Shown: positions 1-11,708, counted from the first letter of the stretch. The stretch is 64,000 bases of DNA from Eledone cirrhosa (GCA_964016885.1 OZ024744.1:130758001-130822000), one strand, 5' to 3'. Translations and numbers: made by a program. Notes: generated from the sequence alone by a model not told the origin.

Positions 1-841
1 TTAAGTTGGGGTTAATTTAAGTTGGGGTTAATTAAGTTGGGGTTAAGTTAAGTTGGGGTTAAGTTAAGTTGGGGTTAATTTAAGTTGGGGTTGAGTTAAG
101 TTGGGGTTAAGTTAAGTTGGGGTTATATTAAGTTGGGGTTAAGTTAAGTTGGGGTTCAGTTAAGTTGGGGTTAAGTTAAGTTGGGGTTAAGTTAAGTTGA
201 GGTTAAGTTAAGTTGGGGTTAAGTTAAGTTGGTGTTAAGTTAAGTTGGGGCTAAGTTAAGTTGGGGCTGAGTTAAGTTGGGGCTGAGTTAAGTTGGGGCT
301 AAGTTAAGTTGGGGTTGAGTTAAGTTGGGGTTAAGTTAAGTTAGGTTTAAGTTAAGTTGGGGTTAAGTTAAGTTGGGGTTAAGTTAAGTTGGGGTTAAGT
401 TAAGTTGGGGTTAAGTTAAGTTGGGGTTAAGTTAAATTGAGGTTAAGTTAAGTTGCAGTTAAGTTAAGTTGAGGTTAAGTTAAGGTGCGGTTAAGTTAAG
501 TTGGGGTTGAGTTAAGTTGGGGCTAAGTTAAGTTGGGGCTAAGTTAAGTTGGGGCTAAGTTAAGTTGGGGTTAAGTTAAGTTGGGGTTAAGTTAAGTCGG
601 GGTTAAGTTAAGTTGGGGTTAAGTTAAGTTGGGGTTAATTTAAGTTGGGGTTAAGTTAAGTTGGGGTTAAGTTAAGTTGGGTTTAAGTTAAGTTGGGGTT
701 AAGTTAAGTTGGGGTTAAGTTAAGTTGGGGTTAAGTTAAGTTGGTTAGTTAAGTTGAGTTTAAGTTAAGTTGGGGTTAATTTAAGTTGGGGTTAAGTTAA
801 GTTGGGGTTAAGTTAAGTTGGGGTTAAGTTAAGTTGGGGTT

Positions 842-1016
842 AACCCCAACTTAACTTAACCCCAACTTCACTCAACCCCAACGTAACTCAACCCCAACTT
901 AACTTAACCCCAACTTCACTCAACCCCAACTTAACTTAACCCCAACTTCACTCAACCCCAACTTCCAACTTGACTTAACCCCAACTTAACTTAGCCCCAA
1001 CTTAACTTAAGCCCAA
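842..1016 (-). repeat. Inverted satellite cassette, type A (175 bp), unique long downstream flank (A0)
   Basis: Starts at GGGGTT|AACCCC, contains CTTCCAACTTGAC, ends AAGCCCAA-AGTCGGGG. Confidence 0.97.
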
Positions 1017-3651
1017 AGTCGGGGTTAAGTTAAGTTGGCGTTAAGTTAAGTTGGCGTTAAGTTAAGTTAGGCTTAACTTAAGTTGGGGTTCAGTTAAGTT
1101 GGGGGTAAGTTAAGTTGGGGGTAAGTTAAGTTGGGGGTAAGTTAAGTTGGGGTTAAGTTAAGTTGCGGTTAAGTTGGGGTTAAGTTAAGTTAGGGTTAAG
1201 TTAAGTTGGGGTTGAGTTAAGTTGGGGTTAATTAAGTGGTGGTTATGTTAAGTTGGGGTTAAGTTAAGTTGGGGTTAATTTAAATTGGGGTTAAGTTAAC
1301 TTTGTGGTTAAGTTAAGTTGGGGTTAAGTTAAGTTGGGGTAAAGTTGGGGTTGAGTTAAGTTGGGGTTGAGTGAAGTTGGGGTTAAGTTAAGTTGGGGTT
1401 AAGTTAAGTTGGGGTTAAGATAAGTCGGGGTTAAGTTAAGTTGTGGTTGAGTTAAGTTGGGGTTAATTTAAGTTGGGGCTAAGTTAATTTGTGGTTAAGT
1501 TAAGTTGGGGTTAAGTTAATTGGGGTTAAGTTAAGTTGGGGTTGAGTTAAGTTGGGGTTGAGTTAATTTGGGGTTAAGTTAAGTTGGGGTTAAGTTAAGT
1601 TGGGTTTAAGTTAAGTTGGGGTTAAATTAAGTTGGGGTTAAATTAAGTTGGGGTTAAGTTAAGTTGGGGGTAAGTTAAGTTGGGGGCAAGTTAAGTTGGG
1701 GTTAATTTAAGTTGGGGTTAAATTAAGTTGGGGTTACGTTAAGTTGGTGTTAAGTTAAGTTGGGGTTAATTTAAGTTGGGGTTAATTAAGTTGGGGTTAA
1801 GTTAAGTTGGGGTTAAGTTAAGTTGGGGTTAATTTAAGTTGGGGTTGAGTTAAGTTGGGGTTAAGTTAAGTTGGGGTTATATTAAGTTTGGGTTAAGTTA
1901 AGTTGGGGTTCAGTTAAGTTGGGGTTAAGTTAAGTTGGGGTTAAATTAAGTTGGGGCTAAGTTAAGTTGGGGCTGAGTTAAGTTGGGGCTGAGTTAAGTT
2001 GGGGCTAAGTTAAGTTGGGGTTGAGTTAAGTTGGGGTTAAGTTGGGGTTAAGTTAAGTTAGGTTTAAGTTAATTTGGGGTTAAGTTAAGTTGGGGTTAAG
2101 TTAAGTTGGGGTTAAGTTAAGTTGGGGTTAAGTTAAGTTGGGGTTAAGTTAATTTGTGGTTAAGTTAAGTTGTGGTTAAGTTAAGTTGGGGTTAAGTTTA
2201 GTTGGGCTTAAGTTAAGTCGGGGTTAAGTTAAGTTGGGGTTAAGTTAAGTTGGGGTTAAGTTAAGTTGGGGTTAAGTTAAGTTGGGGTTATGTTAAGTTG
2301 GGTTTAAGTTAAGTTGGGGTTAAGTTAAGTTGAGGTTAAGTTAAGTTGGGGTTAAATTAAGTTGGGGTTAAGTTAAGTTGGGGTTAAGTTAAGTTGGGGT
2401 TAAGTTAAGTTGGGGATAAGTTAAGTTGGGGATAATTTAAGTTGGGGTTAAGTTAAGTTGGGTTTAAGTTAAGTTGGGGTTAAGTTAAGTTGGGGTTAAG
2501 TTAAGTTGGGGTTAAGTTAAGTTGGGGTTAAGTTAAGTTGGGGCTAAGTTAAGTTGGGGCTGAGTTAAGTTGGGGTTAAGTTAAATTGGGGTTAAGTTAA
2601 GTTGGGGTTAAGTTAAGTTGGGGTTAAGTTAAGTTGGGGTTTATTTAAGTTGGGGTTAAGTTAAGTTGGGGTTCAGTTAAGTTGGGGTTCAGTTAAGTTG
2701 GGGTTAAGTTAAGTTGGGGTTAAGATGGGGTTAAATTAAGTTGGGGTTAAGTTAAGTTGGGGTTAAGTTAAGTTGGGGTTAAGTTAAGTCGGGGTTAAGT
2801 TAAGTTGGGGTTAAGATGGGGTTAAATTAAGTTGGGGTTAAGTTAAGTTGGGGTTCAGTTAAGTTGGGGTTAAGTTAAGTCGGGGTTAAGTTAAGTCGGG
2901 GTTAAGTTAAGTTAGGGTTCAGTTAATTGGGGTTAAGTTAAGTTGGGGTTGAGTTAAGTTGGGGTTGAGTTAAGTTGGGGTTAAGTTAAGTTGGGGTTAA
3001 GTTAAGTTGCAGTTAAGTTAAGTTGAGGTTAAGTTAAGGTGCGGTTAAGTTAAGTTGGGGTTAAGTTAAGTTGGGGCTAAGTTAAGTTGGGGCTAAGTTA
3101 AGTTGGGGCTAAGTTAAGTTGGGGTTAAGTTAAGTCGGGGTTAAGTTAAGTTGGGGTTAATTTAAGTTGGGGTTGAGTTAAGTTGGGGTTAAGTTAAGTT
3201 GGGGTTAAGTTAAGTTGGGGTTGAGTTAAGTTGGGTTTAAGTTAAGTTGGGGTTAAGTTAAGTTGGGGCTAAGTTAAGTTGGGGCTAAGTTAAGTTGGGG
3301 CTAAGTTAAGTTGGGGTTAAGTTAAGTCGGGGTTAAGTTAAGTTGGGGTTGAGTTAAGTTGGGTTTAAGTTAAGTTGGGGTTAAGTTAAGTTGGGGTTAA
3401 TTTAAGTTGGGGTTGAGTTAAGTTGGGGTTAAGTTAAGTTGGGGTTAAGTTAAGTTGGGGTTGAGTTAAGTTGGGTTTAAGTTAAGTTGGGGTTAAGTTA
3501 AGTTGGGGTCAAGTTAAGTTGGGGTTAAGTTAAGTTGGTTAGTTAAGTTGAGTTTAAGTTAAGTTGGGGTTAATTTAAGTTGGGGTTAAGTTAAGTTGGG
3601 GTTAAGTTAAGTTGGGGTTAAGTTAAGTTGGGGTTAAGTTAAGTTGGGGTT

Positions 3652-3851
3652 AACCCCAACTTAACTTAACCCCAACTTCACTCAACCCCAACGTAACTCA
3701 ACCCCAACTTAACTTAACCCCAACTTCACTCAACCCCAACTTAACTTAACCCCAACTTCACTCAACACCAACTTAAGTCAACCCCAACTTAACTTAACCC
3801 CAACTTGACTTAACCCCAACTTAAATTAGCCCCAACTTAACTTAAGCCCAA
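3652..3851 (-). repeat. Inverted satellite cassette, type B (200 bp)
   Basis: Contains AACACCAACTTAAGTC, ends AAGCCCAA-AATCGGGG. Confidence 0.97.
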
Positions 3852-4995
3852 AATCGGGGTTAAGTTAAGTTGGCGTTATGTTAAGTCAGGCTTAACTTAA
3901 GTTGGGGTTCAGTTAAGTTGGGGGTAAGTTAAGTTGGGGGTAAGTTAAGTTGGGGTTAAGTTAAGTTGCAGTTAAGTTGGTGTTAAGTTAAGTTAGGGTT
4001 AAGTTAAGTTGGGGTTGAGTTAAGTTGGGGTTAATTAAGTGGTGGTTATGTTAAGTTGGGGTTAATTTAAATTGGGGTTAAGTTAACTTTGTGGTTAAGT
4101 TAAGTTGGGGTTAAGTTAAGTTGGGGTTAAGTTGGGGTTGAGTTAAGTTGGGGTTGAGTGAAGTTGGGGTTAAGTTAAGTTGGGGTAAAGTTAAGTTGGG
4201 GTTAAGTTAAGTCGGGGTTAAGTTAAGTTGAGGTTAAGTTAAGTTGGGGTTAAATTAAGTTGGGGTTAAGTTAAGTTGGGGTTAAGTTAAGTTGGGGTTA
4301 AGTTAAGTTGGGGATAAGTTAAGTTGGGGATAATTTAAGTTGGGGTTAAGTTAAGTTGGGTTTAAGTTAAGTTGGGGTTAAGTTAAGTTGGGGTTAAGTT
4401 AAGTTGGGGTTAAGTTAAGTTGGGGCTAAGTTAAGTTGGGGCTGAGTTAAGTTGGGGTTAAGTTAAATTGGGGTTAAGTTAAGTTGGGGTTAAGTTAAGT
4501 TGGGGTTAAGTTAAGTTGGGGTTTATTTAAGTTGGGGTTAAGTTAAGTTGGGGTTAAGTTAAGTTGGGGTTAAGTTAAGTCGGGGTTAAGTTAAGTTGGG
4601 GTTAAGATGGGGTTAAATTAAGTTGGGGTTAAGTTAAGTTGGGGTTCAGTTAAGTTGGGGTTAAGTTAAGTCGGGGTTAAGTTAAGTCGGGGTTAAGTTA
4701 AGTTAGGGTTCAGTTAAGTTGGGGTTAAGTTAAGTTGGGGTTGAGTTAAGTTGGGGTTGAGTTAAGTTGGGGTTAAGTTAAGATGGGGTTAAGTTAAGTT
4801 GCAGTTAAGTTAAGTTGAGGTTAAGTTAAGGTGCGGTTAAGTTAAGTTGGGGTTAAGTTAAGTTGGGGTCAAGTTAAGTTGGGGTTAAGTTAAGTTGGTT
4901 AGTTAAGTTGAGTTTAAGTTAAGTTGGGGTTAATTTAAGTTGGGGTTAAGTTAAGTTGGGGTTAAGTTAAGTTGGGGTTAAGTTAAGTTGGGGTT

Positions 4996-5195
4996 AACCC
5001 CAACTTAACTTAACCCCAACTTCACTCAACCCCAACGTAACTCAACCCCAACTTAACTTAACCCCAACTTCACTCAACCCCAACTTAACTTAACCCCAAC
5101 TTCACTCAACACCAACTTAAGTCAACCCCAACTTAACTTAACCCCAACTTGACTTAACCCCAACTTAAATTAGCCCCAACTTAACTTAAGCCCAA
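4996..5195 (-). repeat. Inverted satellite cassette, type B (200 bp)
   Basis: Same sequence as 3652-3851. Confidence 0.97.
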
Positions 5196-8100
5196 AATCG
5201 GGGTTAAGTTAAGTTGGCGTTATGTTAAGTCAGGCTTAACTTAAGTTGGGGTTCAGTTAAGTTGGGGGTAAGTTAAGTTGGGGGTAAGTTAAGTTGGGGT
5301 TAAGTTAAGTTGCAGTTAAGTTGGGGTTAAGTTAAGTTAGGGTTAAGTTAAGTTGGGGTTGAGTTAAGTTGGGGTTAATTAAGTGGTGGTTATGTTAAGT
5401 TGGGGTTAATTTAAATTGGGGTTAAGTTAACTTTGTGGTTAAGTTAAGTTGGGGTTAAGTTAAGTTGGGGTTAAGTTGGGGTTGAGTTAAGTTGGGGTTG
5501 AGTGAAGTTGGGGTTAAGTTAAGTTGGGGTAAAGTTAAGTTGGGGTTAAGTTAAGTCGGGGTTAAGTTAAGTTGTGGTTGAGTTAAGTTGGGGTTAATTT
5601 AAGTTGGGGCTAAGTTAATTTGTGGTTAAGTTAAGTTGGGCTTAAGTTAAGTTGGGGTTAAGTTAAGTTGGGGTTGAGTTAAGTTGGGGTTGAGGTAAGT
5701 TGGGGTTAAGTTAAGTTGGGGTCAAGTTAAGTTGGGGTTAAGTTGGGGTTAAGTTAAGTTAGGTTTAAGTTAAGTTGGGGTTAAGTTAAGTTGGGGTTAA
5801 GTTAAGTTGGGGTTAAGTTAAGTTGGGGTTAAGTTAAGTTGGGGTTAAGTTAAGTTGGGGTTAAGTTAAGTCGGGGTTAAGTTAAGTTGGGGTTAAGTTA
5901 AGTTGGGGTTAATTTAAGTTGGGGTTAAATTAAGTTGGGGTTAAGTTAAGTTGGGGTTAAGTTAAGTTGGGGTTAAGTTAAGTTGGGGTTAAATTAAGTT
6001 GGGGTTAAGTTAAGTTGGGGTTAAGTTAAGTTGGTGTTAAGTTAAGTTGGGGCTAAGTTAAGTTGGGGCTGAGTTAAGTTGGGGCTGAGTTAAGTTGGGG
6101 CTAAGTTAAGTTGGGTTTGAGTTAAGTTGGGGTTAAGTTGGGGTTAAGTTAAGTTAGGTTTAAGTTAAGTTGGGGTTAAGTTAAGTTGGGGTTAAGTTAA
6201 GTTGGGGTTAAGTTAAGTTGGGGCTAAGTTAAGTTGGGGCTAAGTTACGTTGGGGTTAAGTTAAGTTGGGGTTAAGTTAAGTCGGGGTTAAGTTAAGTTG
6301 GGGTTAAGTTAAGTTGGGGTTAATTTAAGTTGGGGTTAAGTTAATTTGGGGTTAAGTTAAGTTGGGGTTAAGTTAAGTTGGGGTTAAGTTAAGTCGGGGT
6401 TAATTTAAGTCGGGGTTAAGTTAAGTTAGGGTTCAGTTAAGTTGGGGTTAAGTTAAGTTGGGGTTGAGTTAAGTTGGGGTTGAGTTAAATTGGGGTTGAG
6501 TTAAGTTGGGGTTGAGTTAAGTTGGTGTTGAGTTAAGTTGGGGTTAAGTTAAGTTGGGGTTAAGTTAAGTTGCAGTTAAGTTAAGTTGAGGTTAAGTTAA
6601 GGTGGGGTTAAGTTAAGTCGGGGTTAAGTTAAGTTGTGGTTGAGTTAAGTTGGGGCTGAGTTAAGTTGGGGCTAAGTTAAGTTGGGGTTGAGTTAAGTTG
6701 GGGTTAAGTTGGGGTTAAGTTAAGTCGGGGTTAAGTTAAGTTGTGGTTGAGTTAAGTTGGGGTTAATTTAAGTTGGGGCTAAGTTAATTTGTGGTTAAGT
6801 TAAGTTGGGGTTAAGTTAAGTTGGGGTTAAGTTAAGTTGGGGTTGAGTTAAGTTGGGGTTGAGTTAAGTTGGGGTTAAGTTAAGTTGGGGTCAAGTTAAG
6901 TTGGGGTTAAGTTGGGGTTAAGTTAAGTTAGGTTTAAGTTAAGTTGGGGTTAAGTTAAGTTGGGGTTAAGTTAAGTTGGGGTTAAGTTAAGTTGGGGTTA
7001 AGTTAAGTTGGGGTTAAGTTAATTTGTGGTTAAGTTAAGTTGGGGTTAAGTTAAGTTGGGGTTAAGTTAAGTCGGGGTTAAGTTAAGTTGGGGTTAAGTT
7101 AAGTTGGGGTTAATTTAAGTTGGGGTTAAGTTAAGTTGGGGTTAAATTAAGTTGGGGTTAAGTTAAGTTGGGGTTAAGTTAAGTTGGTGTTAAGTTAAGT
7201 TGGGGCTAAGTTAAGTTGGGGCTGAGTTAAGTTGGGGCTGAGTTAAGTTGGGGCTAAGTTAAGTTGGGGTTGAGTTAAGTTGGGGTTAAGTTGGGGTTAA
7301 GTTAAGTTAGGTTTAAGTTAAGTTGGGGTTAAGTTAAGTTGGGGTTAAGTTAAGTTGGGGTTAAGTTAAGTTGGGGTTAAGTTAAGTTGGGGTTAAGTTA
7401 AGTCGGGGTTAAATTAAGTTGGGGTTAAGTTAAGTTGGGGTTAAGTTAAGTTGGGGTTAAGTTATGTTGGGGTTAAGTTAATTGGGGTTAAGTTAAGTTG
7501 GGGATAATTTAAGTTGGGGTTAAGTTAAGTTGGGTTTAAGTTAAGTTGGGGTTAAGTTAAGTTGGGGCTAAGTTAAGTTGGGGCTAAGTTAAGTTGGGGT
7601 TAAGTTAAGTTGGGGTTAAGTTAAGTCGGGGTTAAGTTAAGTTGGGGTTAAGTTAAGTTGGGGTTAATTTAAGTTGGGGTTGAGTTAAGTTGGTGTTGAG
7701 TTAAGTTGGGGTTAAGTTAAGTTGGGGTTAAGTTAAGTTGCAGTTAAGTTAAGTTGGGGTTAAGTTAATTTGGGGTTGAGTTAATTCGGGGTTAAGTTAA
7801 GTTGGGGTCAAGTTAAGTTGGGGTTAAGTTGGGGTTAAGTTAAGTTAGGTTTAAGTTAAGTTGGGGTTAAGTTAAGTTGGGGTTAAGTTAAGTTGGGGTT
7901 AAGTTAAGTTGGGGTTAAGTTAAGTCGGGGTTAAGTTAAGTTGGGGTTAAGTTAAGTTGGGGTTAAGTTAAGTTGGGGTTAAGTTAAGTTGGGGTTAAAT
8001 TAAGTTGGGGTTAAGTTAAGTTGAGGTTAAGTTAAGTTGGGGTTAAATTAAGTTGGGGTTAAGTTAAGTTGGGGTTAAGTTAAGTTGGGGTTAAGTTAAG

Positions 8101-9773
8101 TTGGGGATAAGTTAAGTTGGGGATAATTTAAGTTGGGGTTAAGTTAAGTTGGGTTTAAGTTAAGTTGGGGTTAAGTTAAGTTGGGGTTAATTTAAGTTGG
8201 GGTTAAGTTAAGTTGGGGTTAAGTTAAGTTGGGGTTAAGTTAAGTTGGGGTTAAGTTAAGTTGGGGTTAAGTTAAGTTGGGGTTAAGTTAAGTTGGGGTT
8301 AAGTTAAGTTGAGGTTAAGTTAAGTTGGGGTTAAATTAAGTTGGGGTTAAGTTAAGTTGGGGTTAAGTTAAGTTGGGGTTAAGTTAAGTTGGGGATAAGT
8401 TAAGTTGGGGATAATTTAAGTTGGGGTTAAGTTAAGTTGGGTTTAAGTTAAGTTGGGGTTAAGTTAAGTTGGGGTTAATTTAAGTTGGGGTTAAGTTAAG
8501 TTGGGGCTAAGTTAAGTTGGGGCTGAGTTAAGTTGGGGTTAAGTTAAGTTGGGGTTAAGTTAAGTTGGGGTTAATTTAAGTTGGGGTTTATTTAAGTTGG
8601 GGTTAAGTTAAGTTGGGGTTCAGTTAAGTTGGGGTTAAGTTAAGTTGGTGTTAAGATGGGGTTAAATTAAGTTGGGGTTAAGTTAAGTTGGGGTTAAGTT
8701 AAGTTGGGGTTAAGTTAAGTTGGGGTTAAGTTAAGTCGGGGTTAAGTTAAGTCGGGGTTAAGTTAAGTTAGGGTTCAGTTAATTGGGGTTAAGTTAAGTT
8801 GGGGTTGAGTTAAGTTGGGGTTGAGTTAAATTGGGGTTGAGTTAAGTTGGGGTTGAGTTAAGTTGGTGTTGAGTTAAGTTGGGGTTAAGTTAAGTTGGGG
8901 TTAAATTAAGTTGGGGTTAAATTAAGTTGGGGTTAAGTTAAGTTGGGGGTAAGTTAAGTTGGGGGCAAGTTAAGTTGGGGTTAATTTAAGTTGGGGTTAA
9001 ATTAAGTTGGGGTTACGTTAAGTTGGTGCTAAGTTAAGTTGGGGTTAATTTAAGTTGGGGTTAATTAAGTTGGGGTTAAGTTAAGTTGGGGTTAAGTTAA
9101 GTTGGGGTTAATTTAAGTTGGGGTTGAGTTAAGTTGGGGTTAAGTTAATTTGGGGTTATATTAAGTTGGGGTTAAGTTAAGTTGTGGTTCAGTTAAGTTG
9201 GGGTTAAGTTAAGTTGGAGTTAAGTTAAGTTGGTGTTAAGTTAAGTTGGGGCTAAGTTAAGTTGGGGCTGAGTTAAGTTGGGGCTGAGTTAAGTTGGGGC
9301 TAAATTAAGTTGGGGTTGAGTTAAGTTGGGGTTAAGTTGGGGTTAAGTTAAGTTAGGTTTAAGTTAAGTTGGGGTTAAGTTAAGTTGGGGTTAAGTTAAG
9401 TTGGGGTTAAGTTAAGTTGGGGTTAAGTTAAGTTGGGGTTAAGTTAAGTTGGGGTTAAGTTAATTTGTGGTTAAGTTAAGTTGTGGTTAAGTTAAGTTGG
9501 GGTTAAGTTAAGTTGGGGTTAATTTAAGTTGGGGTTAAGTTAAGTTGGGGTTAAGTTAAGTTGGGGTTAAGTTAAGTTGGGGTTAAGTTAAGTTGGGGAT
9601 AATTTAAGTTGGGGTTAAGTTAAGTTTGAGTTTAAGTTAAGTTGGGGTTAAGTTAAGTTGGTTAGTTAAGTTGAGTTTAAGTTAAGTTGGGGTTAATTTA
9701 AGTTGGGTTAAGTTAAGTTGGGGTTAAGTTAAGTTGGGGTTAAGTTAAGTTGGGGTTAAGTTAAGTTGGGGTT

Positions 9774-9948
9774 AACCCCTACTTAACTTAACCCCAACTT
9801 CACTCAACCCCAACGTAACTCAACCCCAACTTAACTTAACCCCAACTTCACTCAACCCCAACTTAACTTAACCCCAACTTCACTCAACCCCAACTTCCAA
9901 CTTGACTTAACCCCAACTTAACTTAGCCCCAACTTAACTTAAGCCCAA
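9774..9948 (-). repeat. Inverted satellite cassette, type A (A1 context), with private substitutions at both junctions
   Basis: AACCCCTAC at start and CCCAAATTCGGGG at end, otherwise type A. Confidence 0.96.
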
Positions 9949-11508
9949 ATTCGGGGTTAAGTTAAGTTGGCGTTAAGTTAAGTTGGCGTTAAGTTAAGTT
10001 AGGCTTAACTTAAGTTGGGGTTCAGTTAAGTTGGGGGTAAGTTAAGTTGGGGTTCAGTTAAGTTAGGGTTAAGTTAAGTTGGGGTTGAGTAAAGTTGGGG
10101 TTAATTAAGTGGTGGTTATGTTAAGTTGGGGTTAAGTTAAGTTGGGGTTAATTTAAATTGGGGTTAAGTTAACTTTGTGGTTAAGTTAAGTTGGGGTTAA
10201 GTTAAGTTGGGGTAAAGTTGGGGTTGAGTTAAGTTGGGGTTGAGTGAAGTTGGGGTTAAGTTAAGTTGGGGTTAAGTTAAGTTGGGGTTAAGATAAGTCG
10301 GGGTTAAGTTAAGTTGTGGTTGCGTTAAGTTGGGGTTAATTTAAGTTGGGGCTAAGTTAATTTGTGGTTAAGTTAAGTTGGGGTTAAGTTAAGTTGGGGT
10401 TAAGTTAAGTTGGGGTTGAGTTAAGTTGGGGCTGAGTTAATTTGGGTTTAAGTTAAGTTGGGGTTAAGTTAAGTTGGGGTTAAGTTAAGTTGGGGTTTAT
10501 TTAAGTTGGGGTTAAGTTAAGTTGGGGTTCAGTTAAGTTGGGGTTCAGTTAAGTTGGGGTTAAGTTAAGTTGGGGTTAAGATGGGGTTAAATTAAGTTGG
10601 GGTTAAGTTAAGTTGGGGTTAAGTTAAGTTGGGGTTAAGTTAAGTCGGGGTTAAGTTAAGTTGGGGTTAAGATGGGGTTAAATTAAGTTGGGGTTAAGTT
10701 AAGTTGGGGTTCAGTTAAGTTGGGGTTAAGTTAAGTCGGGGTTAAGTTAAGTCGGGGTTAAGTTAAGTTAGGGTTCAGTTAAGTTGGGGTTAAGTTAAGT
10801 TGGGGTTGAGTTAAGTTGGGGTTGAGTTAAGTTGGGGTTAAGTTAAGTTGGGGTTAAGTTAAGTTGCAGTTAAGTTAAGTTGAGGTTAAGTTAAGGTGCG
10901 GTTAAGTTAAGTTGGGGTTAAGTTAAGTTGGGGCTAAGTTAAGTTGGGGCTAAGTTAAGTTGGGGCTAAGTTAAGTTGGGGTTAAGTTAAGTCGGGGTTA
11001 AGTTAAGTTGGGGTTAATTTAAGTTGGGGTTGAGTTAAGTTGGGGTTAAGTTAAGTTGGGGTTAAGTTAAGTTGGGGTTGAGTTAAGTTGGGTTTAAGTT
11101 AAGTTGGGGTTAAGTTAAGTTGGGGCTAAGTTAAGTTGGGGCTAAGTTAAGTTGGGGCTAAGTTAAGTTGGGGTTAAGTTAAGTCGGGGTTAAGTTAAGT
11201 TGGGGTTGAGTTAAGTTGGGTTTAAGTTAAGTTGGGGTTAAGTTAAGTTGGGGTTAATTTAAGTTGGGGTTGAGTTAAGTTGGGGTTAAGTTAAGTTGGG
11301 GTTAAGTTAAGTTGGGGTTGAGTTAAGTTGGGTTTAAGTTAAGTTGGGGTTAAGTTAAGTTGGGGTCAAGTTAAGTTGGGGTTAAGTTAAGTTGGTTAGT
11401 TAAGTTGAGTTTAAGTTAAGTTGGGGTTAATTTAAGTTGGGGTTAAGTTAAGTTGGGGTTAAGTTAAGTTGGGGTTAAGTTAAGTTGGGGTTAAGTTAAG
11501 TTGGGGTT

Positions 11509-11708
11509 AACCCCAACTTAACTTAACCCCAACTTCACTCAACCCCAACGTAACTCAACCCCAACTTAACTTAACCCCAACTTCACTCAACCCCAACTTA
11601 ACTTAACCCCAACTTCACTCAACACCAACTTAAGTCAACCCCAACTTAACTTAACCCCAACTTGACTTAACCCCAACTTAAATTAGCCCCAACTTAACTT
11701 AAGCCCAA
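11509..11708 (-). repeat. Inverted satellite cassette, type B (200 bp)
   Basis: AACACCAACTTAAGTC signature. Confidence 0.97.

Larger units (their letters stand above)
2636..10491 (+). repeat. ~7.98-kb higher-order repeat (B-B-A1), copy 1 (7,856 bp)
   Basis: Order of variant monomers matches 10492 onward. Phase is set arbitrarily at GGGGTTTATTT. B-B spacing is 1,344 against 1,467 in other copies. Confidence 0.88.

Noticed and set aside
842-1016. Cassettes as MITE/piggyBac-type insertions at TTAA
   Set aside because: Cassettes are purely reverse-complement satellite with no terminal inverted repeats of their own and no target-site duplication. They always sit in the same flanking context, so they were co-amplified rather than independently inserted.
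1293-1302. Short palindrome AAGTTAACTT as another inversion
   Set aside because: It is explained by a single G>C change plus one extra T in a quasi-palindromic monomer.
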